A DNA stretch of 64,000 nt from Patescibacteria group bacterium (lineage in GTDB: Bacteria > Patescibacteriota > Patescibacteriia > Veblenbacterales > UBA10138). This document shows positions 29,941 to 39,059 of the stretch, piece by piece (the stretch's first letter is position 1; each line of letters opens with the position of its first letter). The DNA is taken from NCBI GenBank assembly GCA_018817715.1, contig JAHITT010000004.1, positions 19,751-83,750 on the forward strand. The letters run 5' to 3'. Below the pieces are notes generated by a model. The model was not told where the DNA came from. It ran no database searches and worked only from the letters and a program-made list of their open reading frames with translations. The translations under genes were made by a program, and so were the position numbers.

Positions 29941-30108
29941 AGTTATTTATTATGCCCAAGTCGTAATAAATAGCCAGTTTTTTAACAAACATTTATCTTG
30001 GTTGATTTATTAAGGGGAAAAGAATAGCTAACTGACCAAACCGGTTATAACTAGTTTGACTCAGCTGGGCTATTTATTTAATTAAACAGTTTTTTAAAAC
30101 AAAGTTTA

Positions 30109-30771
30109 ATGGCTTCCCCTAATAAACTAATCAAGATAAATTATAAATCACAAAAACACAGGAAGGACAAAATGAAAATATTAATTAAAAAACAAGACGG
30201 CGGAATTAAACGCCGTTCAGAAATTACAGCAACGGTAGGTAAAATCTGCCACGGTAATCCTCGAGAAAACGGCGATCTGGAAATTTCTATTATTAATGGC
30301 TCAGCCGAAGACTTAGTTAAATTAACCAATGCTGGCATTCCATTTATGGTCGTTATAGAAAATTCTAAAAAACTTAAAAAGAAAAATTATGAAATATTTT
30401 TCTTTTTCTTGGTAATAATCATAGGTCTAATCTTGGCCATAACAAGTCCTCACTTAGCCAATGAAAACAAATTTGTTTCCATCGGCGGTGGAGCTTTGTA
30501 TTTAATTTTTAGTACTTTGTTTTTATACTACCGTAAAACAAAAATTTCCGGACCAGCCAGAATATTATTCTACTCATGCAGTTTATTCCTTACCCTAATT
30601 GGTACTTACGGCGTTGTTAAATTTCCTTTAATAAACAGCCTAGACCAAATGGGTTTACTGATAAAAATTCTGGAATGGATACTGTCATTATTCATCCTTG
30701 GGGTTACTATTCAAATAAGTTTAAAACACTTAAAAATCAATAACACAACATTCCCCGGCGCCGAGGACTAA
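30109..30771 (+). CDS. Hypothetical membrane protein (start more likely the internal Met near 30172)
   Basis: ORF track 220 aa. C-terminal half has multiple TM helices. Confidence 0.45.
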   Translation: MASPNKLIKINYKSQKHRKDKMKILIKKQDGGIKRRSEITATVGKICHGNPRENGDLEISIINGSAEDLVKLTNAGIPFMVVIENSKKLKKKNYEIFFFFLVIIIGLILAITSPHLANENKFVSIGGGALYLIFSTLFLYYRKTKISGPARILFYSCSLFLTLIGTYGVVKFPLINSLDQMGLLIKILEWILSLFILGVTIQISLKHLKINNTTFPGAED

Positions 30772-30790
30772 ATCGGGCAAGGAGAAAAAA

Positions 30791-31513
30791 GTGAAAAAGG
30801 TAAATTTATTCTTTTATCTGTTAACAGTAATCGCAATAATTTCCTTTTCTGGTTGTAGTAATGATGACGGAGTTGATGTCGTTAATGACATCACACCAGT
30901 TAATAACTGGTCGCCGGCTAAATTAGCGGTGCTAGACAGTTTAAAAAACGTACCAGTTACCAACAGACAAAATTATCTGCAGGCAAATTGGCCATCATTA
31001 AGCACCGACCTGGTTTTATTCTTGAAAAACCGCAACAAAATACCATCCACTGCCGCTATTGATTCAATCGTCTATAAATACGGCAGCGCCAAAGAAATTA
31101 AAGCCGAAGACGGTTCGGGAACAATTCATCAGGGGTATTTCGACAACCAACTGGTAGCCTATGTTTACGTTAAAAATTCTAAAAAACCTTTAACTATATT
31201 GGTGCGATGTACTAACGGTATGTTCAGCCTACCCGAAGATCTTGAATACGTAAAAACCGATACCAATTTCGAATTTACCATTGAAAAAACCAAAGGTATT
31301 GCCTACTACGTCGGTACCAATGAAACAGCCATCAATCTGGCAGAACACTTCGGCCTTAACCTTTATAAAGGCAAAGGCATTAACAAAAAAAGGTTAATCT
31401 CCCCGATACAGGCTAGATTGTTAAACACCAATGAAATTCAATTAACTGTCTTGGTATATACTGGCGATTATTTTAACTTAAACACCATGACCTATCGCTC
31501 AGCTAAAAAATAA
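30791..31513 (+). CDS. Hypothetical lipoprotein
   Basis: Signal peptide with lipobox ISFSGC. Confidence 0.55.
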   Translation: MKKVNLFFYLLTVIAIISFSGCSNDDGVDVVNDITPVNNWSPAKLAVLDSLKNVPVTNRQNYLQANWPSLSTDLVLFLKNRNKIPSTAAIDSIVYKYGSAKEIKAEDGSGTIHQGYFDNQLVAYVYVKNSKKPLTILVRCTNGMFSLPEDLEYVKTDTNFEFTIEKTKGIAYYVGTNETAINLAEHFGLNLYKGKGINKKRLISPIQARLLNTNEIQLTVLVYTGDYFNLNTMTYRSAKK

Positions 31514-31534
31514 AATTAACTAACATATTTTATC

Positions 31535-31570
31535 TCAGCGGCTTAAAACTTATAGCCGCTGTTTTTTATT
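31535..31570 (+). terminator. Intrinsic terminator
   Basis: cagcggcttaaaacttatagccgctg followed by ttttttatt. Confidence 0.6.
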
Positions 31571-31589
31571 TCCCATTTTCCCTGCGGGG

Positions 31590-31621
31590 ATTTATGTCCA
31601 GGTGGACATAAATCCCCACAA
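31590..31621. promoter_or_regulatory. Perfect 14-bp inverted repeat with 4-nt loop upstream of the rel-like gene
   Basis: ggggatttatgtcc-aggt-ggacataaatcccc. Confidence 0.4.
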
Positions 31622-31719
31622 ACACTTTTTAACTCCTAATTTTACCTTCTATCTTCCATTATTCAACCTCTTGCTTTTTAACTTAGTTAGTGTTATAGTA
31701 CTGTGTTATCATAAATGTT

Positions 31720-33195
31720 ATGACTACTTTCTCAGATATTAAACAATTAGTCCTAAAAAACAATCCTAACGCCGATACCACTATGCTGGAATTGGCGTAT
31801 GACTTCGCTGTTAAGGCCCATGCCGGCCAAAAAAGGTTAGATGGTACTGATTACATCCAACACTCCTTAGAAACAGCTTATACTTTAGCTCACATGAACC
31901 TGGATTTATCCACGGTTATTGCCGGCCTGCTACATGACGTGCCCGAAGATACACCCATAACTTTGGAAGAAGTTGCCAAAGAATTTGGTCCCGAAGTCGG
32001 TAAACTGGTTAAAGGTATTACTAAATTAAGCAAACTTAAATATCGTGGGTTGGAACGTTATGCGGAAAATTTAAGAAAAATGTTCGTAGCTATGGCCGAA
32101 GACGTGCGGGTGGTGCTTATTAAGCTGGCTGACCGACTGCATAATTTGTCCACTCTCTCGGCCCTGCCACCAGTAAAACAACAGCGTATTGCTCGGGAAA
32201 CTTTAGAAATTTATGCTCCCATAGCCAATCGCTTGGGTATTGGTGAACTAAAAGGTCAATTAGAAGACTTAGCTTTTAAATATGTTTATCCAGAAGAATA
32301 TGCCTGGGTGGTTAAAACCTCTACCAGTAGAATGGAAGACCAAATCTCCTACAGCCAAGATTTAATTAAAGAAGTTATTAAATTATTAGAAAAAAATAAC
32401 ATTGCCTATAATTCCGTACACGGCCGGGTTAAACATCACTACAGTTTATATAAAAAACTGCTGCGCAAAGACATGGATATTAGCAAAGTTTACGACCTAG
32501 TAGCCCTAAGAGTAATTGTGCCTGATGTAGCCGCTTGCTACCAAGCCTTAGGGGCTGTCCACAGCCGCTGGAAACCAATGACCGGTCGCATTAAAGATTA
32601 TATTGCTCAACCCAAACCCAATGGTTACCGTTCTTTGCACACCACAGTATTTTGCGACCAAGGACGTATTGTAGAATTTCAAATTCGCGATCAACAAATG
32701 CACGATAATGCTGAATATGGTATTGCCGCCCACTGGAAATTCAAAGATTCCAGCAAGGCCCAATTAAGCATTCCGCCCGAACAATTAAAATGGATTAAAG
32801 AACTACTAGATTGGCAAAAAGAAATCACCGACAATGATCAATACTTAAAAGCTTTAACTATTGATATTTTTCAAAACCGTATTTTTGTTTTTACACCCAA
32901 AGGCGATGTTATAGATTTGCCCGAAGAAGCCACGCCAGTGGATTTTGCCTATCATATTCATTCCGATATTGGTAACCATTGCTCCGGTGCCCGAATCAAC
33001 GAAAAAATTGCCCCTCTAGAAACTAAATTATTAAGTGGCGATTTGGTAGAAATAATTGTTGATAAAAATCGTGGTGGCCCCAGCGAAGATTGGCTAAAGT
33101 TTATAAAAACCAATCAGGCCAAAAATCATATTAAAAGTTATTATAAGAAAAAACGCCGCAACTTCCTAAATATTTTTTCCCGAACTAAAGAATAA
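31720..33195 (+). CDS. rel: (p)ppGpp synthetase/hydrolase, RelA/SpoT family (HD, synthetase and TGS domains; no ACT domain)
   Basis: HD motif LLHDVPEDT. Synthetase domain. TGS domain IFVFTPKGDVIDLPEEATPVDFAYHIHSDIG. Only 491 aa. Confidence 0.85.
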   Translation: MTTFSDIKQLVLKNNPNADTTMLELAYDFAVKAHAGQKRLDGTDYIQHSLETAYTLAHMNLDLSTVIAGLLHDVPEDTPITLEEVAKEFGPEVGKLVKGITKLSKLKYRGLERYAENLRKMFVAMAEDVRVVLIKLADRLHNLSTLSALPPVKQQRIARETLEIYAPIANRLGIGELKGQLEDLAFKYVYPEEYAWVVKTSTSRMEDQISYSQDLIKEVIKLLEKNNIAYNSVHGRVKHHYSLYKKLLRKDMDISKVYDLVALRVIVPDVAACYQALGAVHSRWKPMTGRIKDYIAQPKPNGYRSLHTTVFCDQGRIVEFQIRDQQMHDNAEYGIAAHWKFKDSSKAQLSIPPEQLKWIKELLDWQKEITDNDQYLKALTIDIFQNRIFVFTPKGDVIDLPEEATPVDFAYHIHSDIGNHCSGARINEKIAPLETKLLSGDLVEIIVDKNRGGPSEDWLKFIKTNQAKNHIKSYYKKKRRNFLNIFSRTKE

Positions 33196-33293
33196 GCCCT
33201 AATAAATCACAAATTTTAAATCCTAATTTCTAAATAATCCCCAATACTCAATTTTGGGAATTATTTAAGATTTAGATTTTAGGATTTAGGATT

Positions 33294-34205
33294 TTATTCC
33301 CCTGCTTTCTTAATTTTTTCCACCAAACCCATTAAATCCTCACTGGAATAAAATTCCAAAATTATTTTACCCTTGTTTAAACTACCGCTAATTTTTACCT
33401 TGGTGCCTAAAATATTTTGCAATTGTTGTTGCCAAGCTTTTAATTGAACCGAGGTGGTTGGTACAACCGCTGTTTTGTTAGCTTTTAAACTATGAACCTT
33501 AGCTTCGGCCAAACGAACCGGCAAACCTTCCAAAGTTATTAACCTAAAAAACTTTTCCTGTTCAAAGGGCGTGTCCAAACTCATTATTACTTTAGCGTGA
33601 CCAAAAGTTATTTTACCCTCACTTAAAGCCTGCTTGATGCTATCGGGTAAATCTAACAAACGCAAAGTATTGGCAATTTGCGGACGCGATTTACCAACTC
33701 GCTGGGCAATTTGTTCCTGCGTTAAACTGAACTCTTCTTGCAATTGTTTATAAGCCACGGCTTCTTCCAAAGGATTTAAATTCTGGCGTTGAATATTTTC
33801 CACCAAAGCCAACTCCAATCTTTCCTGATCTTTAACCTGCCTTAAAATGGCTGGCACTTGTTTTAAACCGGCTGTTACAGCGGCGCGTAAACGCCGCTCC
33901 CCAGCAATTAGCTCGTATTTACCGCTCGGCAACTGACTAACTGTCAAAGGCTGCAAAATACCGTGAGTCTTTACCGAAGCTACTAAATCAGCCAAATCCT
34001 CGGCATTAAAATTTTGCCTAGGCTGGCGTGAATTAGCCGCAATCTCTTTAGGATTTAAATAATGTACCCGCTCCCCACCGCCACCGCTGGCAGCCACCTC
34101 TGGCGGTTGAGGGGTAGCTTCGTTACCCCAATAATTCGTACTACCGGATTTTTTTTGCGGTATTAAGGAATTTAATCCCTTACCCAATTTAAATGGTTTG
34201 GCCAT
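33294..34205 (-). CDS. parB: Chromosome partitioning protein ParB
   Basis: ELIAGERRLRAA ParB box. Confidence 0.9.
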   Translation of the reverse strand: MAKPFKLGKGLNSLIPQKKSGSTNYWGNEATPQPPEVAASGGGGERVHYLNPKEIAANSRQPRQNFNAEDLADLVASVKTHGILQPLTVSQLPSGKYELIAGERRLRAAVTAGLKQVPAILRQVKDQERLELALVENIQRQNLNPLEEAVAYKQLQEEFSLTQEQIAQRVGKSRPQIANTLRLLDLPDSIKQALSEGKITFGHAKVIMSLDTPFEQEKFFRLITLEGLPVRLAEAKVHSLKANKTAVVPTTSVQLKAWQQQLQNILGTKVKISGSLNKGKIILEFYSSEDLMGLVEKIKKAGE

Positions 34206-34980
34206 AAGTTGTTTGTGATTCTAATATTTTTAAAACTTCCTCGGCTAGCAACCGATAAGCTTCGGCGCCCCGTGAAGCCGCGTCGTACACCATAACAGGC
34301 TGGCCATAGCTAGGGGCTTCGGCCAGGCGCACATTGCGCGGTATCATAGTCATAAATAATTTATTAGGAAAATGATTTTTTAACTCCTGCACCACCGCAT
34401 TAGCCAAACGATTCCTAGAATCGTACATGGTTACCAAAGCGCCCAAAATATCCAAACTGTTGTTTAAATGTTCCTGAATCAAATTAATTGTATTCATTAA
34501 CTGACCCAAGCCTTCCAAAGCATAATATTCAGCCTGAATGGGTATTAAAACTTGCTGAGCAGCTGTTAAACCATTAACTGTTAATAAACCCAAAGAAGGC
34601 GGGCAATCAATTAAAATATAATCATAATCAGCACTCACTTTTTCTAAAGCCTCTTTAAGTTTGTATTCCCTGTTCTCGGCGCCAACCAATTCTACAGCCG
34701 CGCCAGCTAAATCGGCCTGAGCCGGTAAAATAGATAAATTTTCATAACTGGTTTTTTGAATAACTTCTTTAATACTGTTAGGTTCTAGCAAAACATGATA
34801 AACATGGGGCTGTTCCGTTTCGTTATTAGCGCCTACGCCGGCCGAGGCATTACCCTGCGGATCTATATCCACTAACAAAATTCTTCGGCCAGCCCGGGCA
34901 AAATAAGCCGCCAGGTTAACTGCTGTTGTTGTTTTACCTACGCCACCTTTTTGATTTACTAAAGCAATAATTTTTGACAT
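34189..34980 (-). CDS. parA: Chromosome partitioning ATPase ParA/Soj
   Basis: Deviant Walker A KGGVGKTTTAVNLA. Confidence 0.9.
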   Translation of the reverse strand: MSKIIALVNQKGGVGKTTTAVNLAAYFARAGRRILLVDIDPQGNASAGVGANNETEQPHVYHVLLEPNSIKEVIQKTSYENLSILPAQADLAGAAVELVGAENREYKLKEALEKVSADYDYILIDCPPSLGLLTVNGLTAAQQVLIPIQAEYYALEGLGQLMNTINLIQEHLNNSLDILGALVTMYDSRNRLANAVVQELKNHFPNKLFMTMIPRNVRLAEAPSYGQPVMVYDAASRGAEAYRLLAEEVLKILESQTTYGQTI

Positions 34981-35080
34981 AACACCTTATTAGTATAATG
35001 TCCCACAGCCTCTTTGACAATTCAATCAAGTCTTATTATTATAAGGTATGCTTAAAAAGATACAGTTCTTTTAGTTTTTA

Positions 35081-35165
35081 GGGCATGTGGCGGAACTGGT
35101 ATACGCATACGACTCAAAATCGTACGGAGAAATCCATGTGGGTTCGACTCCCACCATGCCCACCA
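35081..35165 (+). tRNA. tRNA-Leu (anticodon CAA), long variable arm, CCA encoded
   Basis: GGGCATG acceptor, anticodon loop CTCAAAA, extra arm, T-arm GGTTCGACTCC, 3' CATGCCCACCA. Confidence 0.85.
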
Positions 35166-35262
35166 AAATAGTTTCTAATTTATAGTCAATAGTTAGTGGC
35201 CAATGGCTAATGGCTTGTCAGACAAATTCAAATAAGCTATCTTTAAGCAGTTAGTTTAATAT

Positions 35263-35337
35263 CGCGGGGTGGAGAAGTGGCATCTCGCCTGGCTCATAAC
35301 CAGGAGATCGCGGGTTCAAGTCCCGCCCCCGCAACCA
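35263..35337 (+). tRNA. tRNA-Met (anticodon CAT), probably the initiator (C1xA72 mismatch)
   Basis: 5' CGCGGGG / 3' CCCCGCA-A-CCA gives a C1-A72 mismatch. Anticodon loop CTCATAA. T-arm GCGGGTTCAAGTCCCGC. Confidence 0.75.
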
Positions 35338-35471
35338 AGCACCACTCGCTCTTTCTAAGAGCTTCGGATGCTTGGCAAGCCAAATCATTAATGATAAGGC
35401 CTGCCATAAGTGTTTATAAGGGAGAGTGATGCTTGCAGTGAACCCATAGTGGTTCACTGTTATCAAATACA

Positions 35472-35756
35472 ATGACAAAGTCTTTTTATTACGTTTACGT
35501 ATTACTAAGCCTTAAAGATAGAAGGTTTTATATTGGTTTAACCAGTAATTTAAAGAAAAGATTTACTGACCATAATAAGGGCAGAAATATATCAACGGCA
35601 GGGCGTTTACCTTTCCAATTAATATTCTATGAATCCTTTTTAGATAAAATCGATGCCCTGCGTCGGGAAAGATATTTTAAAACCAGCAAAGGTAAAATAA
35701 CTTTACGATTAATGTTAAAAGAATATTTGTTAAGGCAGGGTAGCTCAGTTGGTTAG
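35472..35756 (+). CDS. GIY-YIG nuclease family protein
   Basis: YYVYVLLSLKDRRFYIGLTSNLKKRFTDHNKG matches the GIY-YIG core. The 3' end overlaps the following tRNA. Confidence 0.7.
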   Translation: MTKSFYYVYVLLSLKDRRFYIGLTSNLKKRFTDHNKGRNISTAGRLPFQLIFYESFLDKIDALRRERYFKTSKGKITLRLMLKEYLLRQGSSVG

Positions 35757-35810
35757 AGCGAGGGACTCATAAGCCCTAGGCCGTGGGTTCGATCCCCACC
35801 CCTGCTACCA
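35734..35810 (+). tRNA. tRNA with CAT anticodon (elongator Met or Ile2-lysidine)
   Basis: GGCAGGGTAGCTCAGTTGGTTAGAGC D-arm, anticodon loop CTCATAA, GGTTCGATCC T-arm, 3' CCCTGCTACCA. Confidence 0.75.
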
Positions 35811-35952
35811 TAGGAATTTGATGAAAAGAGCCTGTTTTTACAGGTCTTTTTTCATTTGGGGAGGAAAGCGAACTCGTGGCGTTGACCACCAGTTGCCCAA
35901 AACATTTTTTATTTGCTAACATAAAGGCGACAGAGTATTAATTCTAAACCTT

Positions 35953-36414
35953 ATGTACCTAACAATTCACGCCGCTGCTGGACTTACTCTAGCCAAATAC
36001 ATTCCCAATCCTTTTATAGCTTTTATCGCTGGGGTACTGTCCCACCTTATTTTAGATGCCATACCGCACGGCGATGAATATTTAAACGATAGCAGTTTAG
36101 TCGCCTGGCTCAGGCGCCGCAGGTTTTTAGGCGCCGCCATTTTAGACAGCGTAACCATGCTAGGCTTTGTTCTACTTTATTTGTCCAATTTTCCCATAGC
36201 CAACAATAATACCGTCTTAGCCGCCGTGTTTGGCGCTTTGCTCCCCGACATTGTACAAGGCCTGCACTTTTTATCGCGCCGTAAGTGGCTTAAAAAATAT
36301 CATGCTTTCCATGCTGAAAAAATTAACAACTTGCCCAAACTTAATTTAAGCTGGCAAGTCGGCCTGCTAGTCCAAGTAATGACTTTAACTGCTCTATGGC
36401 TTTTAGCCATTTAA
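35953..36414 (+). CDS. Hypothetical membrane protein
   Basis: 153 aa, several TM helices. Confidence 0.45.
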   Translation: MYLTIHAAAGLTLAKYIPNPFIAFIAGVLSHLILDAIPHGDEYLNDSSLVAWLRRRRFLGAAILDSVTMLGFVLLYLSNFPIANNNTVLAAVFGALLPDIVQGLHFLSRRKWLKKYHAFHAEKINNLPKLNLSWQVGLLVQVMTLTALWLLAI

Positions 36415-36424
36415 AAATCAAAAG

Positions 36425-37702
36425 CTAGGGTTTATACAAATTGCGCGGAAAAAATATGTTCCAGGTCCACTCCCAAGCCACCTGAATTTTTTTGCGCCCA
36501 GATAATAATTTGCTTAAATAAACTGTCCGCCACAACCACCAGGCTACTGGCCCTTCAAAAAACCAATTGCCTATTTCGGCCAAGGCTAGCCACTGGCCCA
36601 GGGAAACTAAATTGCCTTTGGATTTATAAACAAATTCCTTAAGCGGCTTATTTTTACGCTCCGCCCATAAATTATGGGCGGTAATTTTAGCCTGCCCAAC
36701 CGCCACCTGAGCCAGCTGTGGCAATAACTTATTAGTCTCCTTGTCCAGCAAAGCCGCGCTATCACCCAACACATAAACATTGGAATAATTAAACAATTGC
36801 AAATTAGATTGTATTTTTATTCGGCCGTTATTAACCATATCTAAATCACCTTGCCAAGCAATGGCTACTGGTTTTACCCCGGCTAACCAAATAACCAACT
36901 GACTGTTTATAAATTCACCAGACTTTAATTGTAAGCCAACCTGGTTAACCAAAGTAACTTCGGAATTAAATTTTATACTAACTCCTTGGGCAGTTAGTTT
37001 CTGCCTGGCCTGCTGACCAAACCTAGGGCTAAACTCTTTTAACAATTCCGAGCCGCGTTGCACTAAAATTATTTTTATCTTAGCGGCTAAAGCCGGATAC
37101 AGTTTAACTACTGTGCCTTTTACCAAATGGCTTAATTCCGCCGCCATTTCCACGCCGGTCGGTCCGCCGCCCACTATAACCCAAGTCAAAAGTTTTTCCA
37201 GCTTTAATTGTTGCTGGCTATCCTCCCATAAATTAGTAGCCTGCTCCAAATTAGCTATCAGCTGATTTTTTATAGCTAAAGCCTCAGCCAAAGTTTTTAA
37301 AGGCCAACTATTTTCTAAAGCACCCGACACTTTAAACCAATTAGTCCTAGTACCGGGCGCCACTACTAAATAATCATAAACCAAGGACCGGCCGGCTTTA
37401 GTAACTACTTGGCGACTGTCTAAATTTACAGTTTTAACTTCGTCTAAAATTATTTTTATGTTAGCCGGAAATTTATTTCTTAACGGCTCTACCACATTAC
37501 CAGCCGACAAACTACCAGCGGCCACTTCATGAAGCAATGGCGTAAACAAAAAATAATTAACCGACGTTATTAAACTTATATCAAAATCTGGCCAGCCACC
37601 TTGTTTTTTTAAATACCATAGACTATATAAACCAGCAAAACCACTACCAATTATTAACAACCGAGGTTTAGTTAATCTACCTGGATTAATCATAGTCCCC
37701 AT
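36425..37702 (-). CDS. ndh: FAD/NAD(P)-binding oxidoreductase, type II NADH dehydrogenase-like
   Basis: Two Rossmann motifs, IIGSGFAGL and VIVGGGPTGVEMAAEL. Confidence 0.7.
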   Translation of the reverse strand: MGTMINPGRLTKPRLLIIGSGFAGLYSLWYLKKQGGWPDFDISLITSVNYFLFTPLLHEVAAGSLSAGNVVEPLRNKFPANIKIILDEVKTVNLDSRQVVTKAGRSLVYDYLVVAPGTRTNWFKVSGALENSWPLKTLAEALAIKNQLIANLEQATNLWEDSQQQLKLEKLLTWVIVGGGPTGVEMAAELSHLVKGTVVKLYPALAAKIKIILVQRGSELLKEFSPRFGQQARQKLTAQGVSIKFNSEVTLVNQVGLQLKSGEFINSQLVIWLAGVKPVAIAWQGDLDMVNNGRIKIQSNLQLFNYSNVYVLGDSAALLDKETNKLLPQLAQVAVGQAKITAHNLWAERKNKPLKEFVYKSKGNLVSLGQWLALAEIGNWFFEGPVAWWLWRTVYLSKLLSGRKKIQVAWEWTWNIFFPRNLYKP

Positions 37703-37765
37703 TATAAACTATAAGCCCCTTATCGTGCTATAATAAATCTACTAAGTTTTAACCAAACTAAGCCT

Positions 37766-38665
37766 ATGTTAAAAAATATGTTAAGTAAAAAAAATCTCTG
37801 GCTGGCAGCCTTGGTTTTATTAACAACTGGTTTTCTAGTACCTTTTTTCAGCCAAGCCAGTGAAGAAGCTGTAACCACCGAAGCGGAAAATGTTATTATT
37901 TCCGAACAAGATGCCCCCTTAGTTAGGCAAGCTAAATTAAAGCAAGCCTGGGTTATTTATCGTGAAGTAGGCAGTCAGGATATTTATGCCTTAACCAAAA
38001 ATAAAACTAAACGAGCTATTAAAACTTTAGATTTTTTTACCGCCTATAATGCTAATTATCATCTAAAAGTAGTAGCTAAAGATCGCCTAACTGCTTACGC
38101 CACAGCCGAACCAATTAACTCGGAAACAATTTTAAATCCCGAAGATTTTATTAAAGCTGGCTGGCACTGGCGCTTAATTAAGGCCCAGGGCGACCCGGCT
38201 GTTTATTTGTTAGCCCCCGACGGAACTAAAAAACCAATCTTAGCTGAAGGAGTTTTCCACCGTTTCGGTTGGGAATTCAGAGACGTAGAAGAATTAACCA
38301 AAGAAGCTGTGGCTGCCCTGCCGACCGGCACCACCATTACCGACAATACTTTATTTGACGAAGAAATAATTGTTAGTTCCACCAACCAACGTTTAGAAAA
38401 AGAAACCTTACAAAAAAGACTGGAACTAAAAGGCAAGACTCAAGTAAAAACCCGTTTAATAAAAGCTATCGGTGATAACAAAGTCTATGTAATGGACGGC
38501 CAAGGCAATAAACATTTAGTAACCAATGAAAAAGCCGCTCAGAAATTTAAACTTAATTTTAAAAATATTACCGAAGTAACGGCCCAAGAACTTAAAGCTC
38601 TACCATTAGGCGGCCAAATTAACGAAACAACCACTTCAGTTAATTTAGAACAAATTATTAAATAA
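37766..38665 (+). CDS. Hypothetical secreted protein
   Basis: Signal peptide. Followed by a terminator hairpin at about 38673-38705. Confidence 0.5.
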   Translation: MLKNMLSKKNLWLAALVLLTTGFLVPFFSQASEEAVTTEAENVIISEQDAPLVRQAKLKQAWVIYREVGSQDIYALTKNKTKRAIKTLDFFTAYNANYHLKVVAKDRLTAYATAEPINSETILNPEDFIKAGWHWRLIKAQGDPAVYLLAPDGTKKPILAEGVFHRFGWEFRDVEELTKEAVAALPTGTTITDNTLFDEEIIVSSTNQRLEKETLQKRLELKGKTQVKTRLIKAIGDNKVYVMDGQGNKHLVTNEKAAQKFKLNFKNITEVTAQELKALPLGGQINETTTSVNLEQIIK

Positions 38666-38705
38666 TTTCTTACTCCTTACCAACTCCGTCCTGTTACCAG
38701 GGCGG

Positions 38706-38764
38706 AGTTTTTAAATTAAAAAAATAAATGTGCTATAATAGCCAAACTATGTTATTAAAAAAGA
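38706..38764 (+). repeat. Copy 1 of a 57-bp direct repeat carrying an extended -10 promoter (TGcTATAAT) and a leaderless ATG
   Basis: Near-identical to 41054-41112, with 2 mismatches. Confidence 0.7.
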
Positions 38765-38775
38765 TTTTGATATTG

Positions 38776-38850
38776 CAAATATAAATTACCAGAAGTATTA
38801 AAACTGTCATACTAATAAAAAGTGATTCCCTCATTAGTTTTTTAGGTTTT
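38776..38850 (-). pseudogene. Decayed fragment of the internal repeat of the adjacent 643-aa surface-protein gene
   Basis: attgcaaatataaattaccagaagtattaaa...aaaagtgattccctcattagtttttt aligns with 40600-40680 and 40214-40270. The minus-strand reading NEGITFY*YDSFNTSGNLYLQ contains a stop. Confidence 0.6.
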
Positions 38851-39059
38851 ATATAGCCTTTGCCGTTCTTAACTTACTAATGTTAATAATTATTTGGATT
38901 GGCAGGTTGGCGCTTAAAATGTTATTTTAAAATTTCCGACCACTTCTTAATCTCTCCAATAATATCCTTCAAATTTTCGGAAACATCAGACTTTAAGACT
39001 ACTTTATAAAAACAACTCAATCATTGAGTTGTTTTTATAATTTAGTTTAAATTTTATAT

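Noticed and set aside
33196-35080. parS site near parAB
   Set aside because: TGTTTCACGTGAAACA-like sequences were searched visually near parB and not found. The only tgtttcac occurrence, at 29814, is non-palindromic.
35251-35478. 75-aa minus-strand ORF
   Set aside because: It overlaps the initiator tRNA-Met gene on the opposite strand. Its product (…GSSPAPATK…) is the antisense translation of a tRNA.
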